From Ophelia neglecta (taxonomy: Eukaryota), in the NCBI GenBank assembly GCA_965285935.1, contig OZ260661.1:112096001-112160000 (forward strand): DNA of 64,000 bases, read 5' to 3'. Of this stretch, positions 63,098-64,000 are shown in pieces. Every line of letters starts with the position of its first letter. Within the stretch, counting starts at the first letter, position 1. The position numbers and the translations under genes are program-made. The notes beneath the pieces were generated by a model. It ran no database searches and was not told where the DNA came from. It saw only the letters and a list, made by a program, of their open reading frames with translations.

Positions 63098-64000
63098 CTA
63101 ATTCTGCATTACGTAGTCTTTATACCTTTCAGGCATAGATCTTTGTCTCCTAGGCCTCACAAATATTGACGGAGATTGAGGTGGGACAGTCAGCAACGGA
63201 GGCACAATTTCTGGCTGGTTTCCCAGTGGAACCCTGGGCGTCGGCGGTGATGTCAGCTCTGGTCGTGCCTGTTTCTGAGGTGAACTGTTGTCCTTAACAG
63301 TGTCATCCAGAAATATATCTGGTTCAGCCTGTGATGTAGGCACTGTTTCTCTCCGCGGTGCCTGCTTAAAGAACGACGAATTCCTTGTAAGCGTCCTACC
63401 ACTGTGCTGGAATTCTGCCGTTATCATACTACCTTTCTTCTTTTGTATTTTCAGTGGTTGGTGGTTGTATGGTAAACTGAGAGAGTTTTCTTTTTCCTGT
63501 TTAACCACCACTGTGTCCCCAATTTGAAAATCCGATTCTCGAGCTCTCCTTTTCAAATCGGCATACTTCTTCATTTTTTCTTTACCCATTGCATCAGAAT
63601 TGAATATATCTGTGCTAGTTTTCTTGGGCAAAACAACCTCAGGCAGTTGAGTTTTCATAATTCTCCCTGTAAGGGCTGTAAATGGGGCAACCTTGGTAAT
63701 AGTATGTGGAGTAGCCCTATATTGTCTCAAAAATCTGTTCAGCTCCTGGCGCCACGGTTTGCCTTCCACTCGTGCCAGTTTAAGTACTTTCCCAAGAGAT
63801 CTCATAAATTGCTCAACCTCGCCGTTAGCTGACGGCCACAACGGGGTCACTTTTCTGTGTCTGAATCCCAAATGTTTAGCAAATAAAGCAAAATCATTCC
63901 CGTTGTACGGGGGTCCATTATCTGATTTCACTATGGACGGAACCCCTTGTCTTGCGAATATTGAATCCAACTTAGGAATTGTAGCTTTTGCACTTGTCGA
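63098..64000 (-). CDS. Gypsy pol C-terminus: integrase core (D..35..E) and GPY/F-like region; 5' truncated by the window
   Basis: GVPSIVKSDNGPPY...TPLWPSANGEVE; YRATPH; FQIGDTVVVK; C-terminal RPRRQRSMPERYKDYV. Confidence 0.92.
   Translation of the reverse strand, partial: STSAKATIPKLDSIFARQGVPSIVKSDNGPPYNGNDFALFAKHLGFRHRKVTPLWPSANGEVEQFMRSLGKVLKLARVEGKPWRQELNRFLRQYRATPHTITKVAPFTALTGRIMKTQLPEVVLPKKTSTDIFNSDAMGKEKMKKYADLKRRARESDFQIGDTVVVKQEKENSLSLPYNHQPLKIQKKKGSMITAEFQHSGRTLTRNSSFFKQAPRRETVPTSQAEPDIFLDDTVKDNSSPQKQARPELTSPPTPRVPLGNQPEIVPPLLTVPPQSPSIFVRPRRQRSMPERYKDYVMQN

Larger units (their letters stand above)
62575..64000 (-). mobile_element. Ty3/Gypsy LTR retrotransposon, 3' part (integrase, PPT, 3' LTR)
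   Basis: integrase ORF, then PPT AAAGGAAGAGA abutting a TG...CA LTR at 62702-62575 that contains AATAAA. Confidence 0.85.

Overview
AT-rich, intron-containing animal DNA, probably from a marine invertebrate; no prokaryotic features. It holds two host genes whose exons I chained by hand with consistent splice phases. The first is a minus-strand ependymin-related (EPDR) secreted protein with 5 coding exons (8522->4610), all too short for the ORF track. The second is a plus-strand K+-dependent Na+/Ca2+ exchanger (SLC24/NCKX, CG1090-like) with 11 coding exons (13518-49283, ~584 aa) and a 21.8-kb second intron. Between them lie possible decayed WSC-domain exons. Mobile DNA includes: a disrupted pogo-type DDE transposase (1-1301); an intact 424-bp TRIM with tRNA-like Pol III boxes in its LTRs (Helenus-type, 2454-2877); several CAGT-ended TA-TSD MITEs; a 585-bp TAG...CTA element with a 10-bp TSD (AcademH-like); a ~6-kb Ngaro/PAT-type tyrosine-recombinase retrotransposon with split direct repeats, a dead RT, an intact YR and two hairpin-repeat arrays (53067-59045); LINE fragments; and the 3' end of a Gypsy element with a ~128-bp LTR. 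The best novelty candidates are the covarying hairpin array in the YR element's leader and the tRNA-LTR TRIM. All calls come from manual reading; no searches were run.
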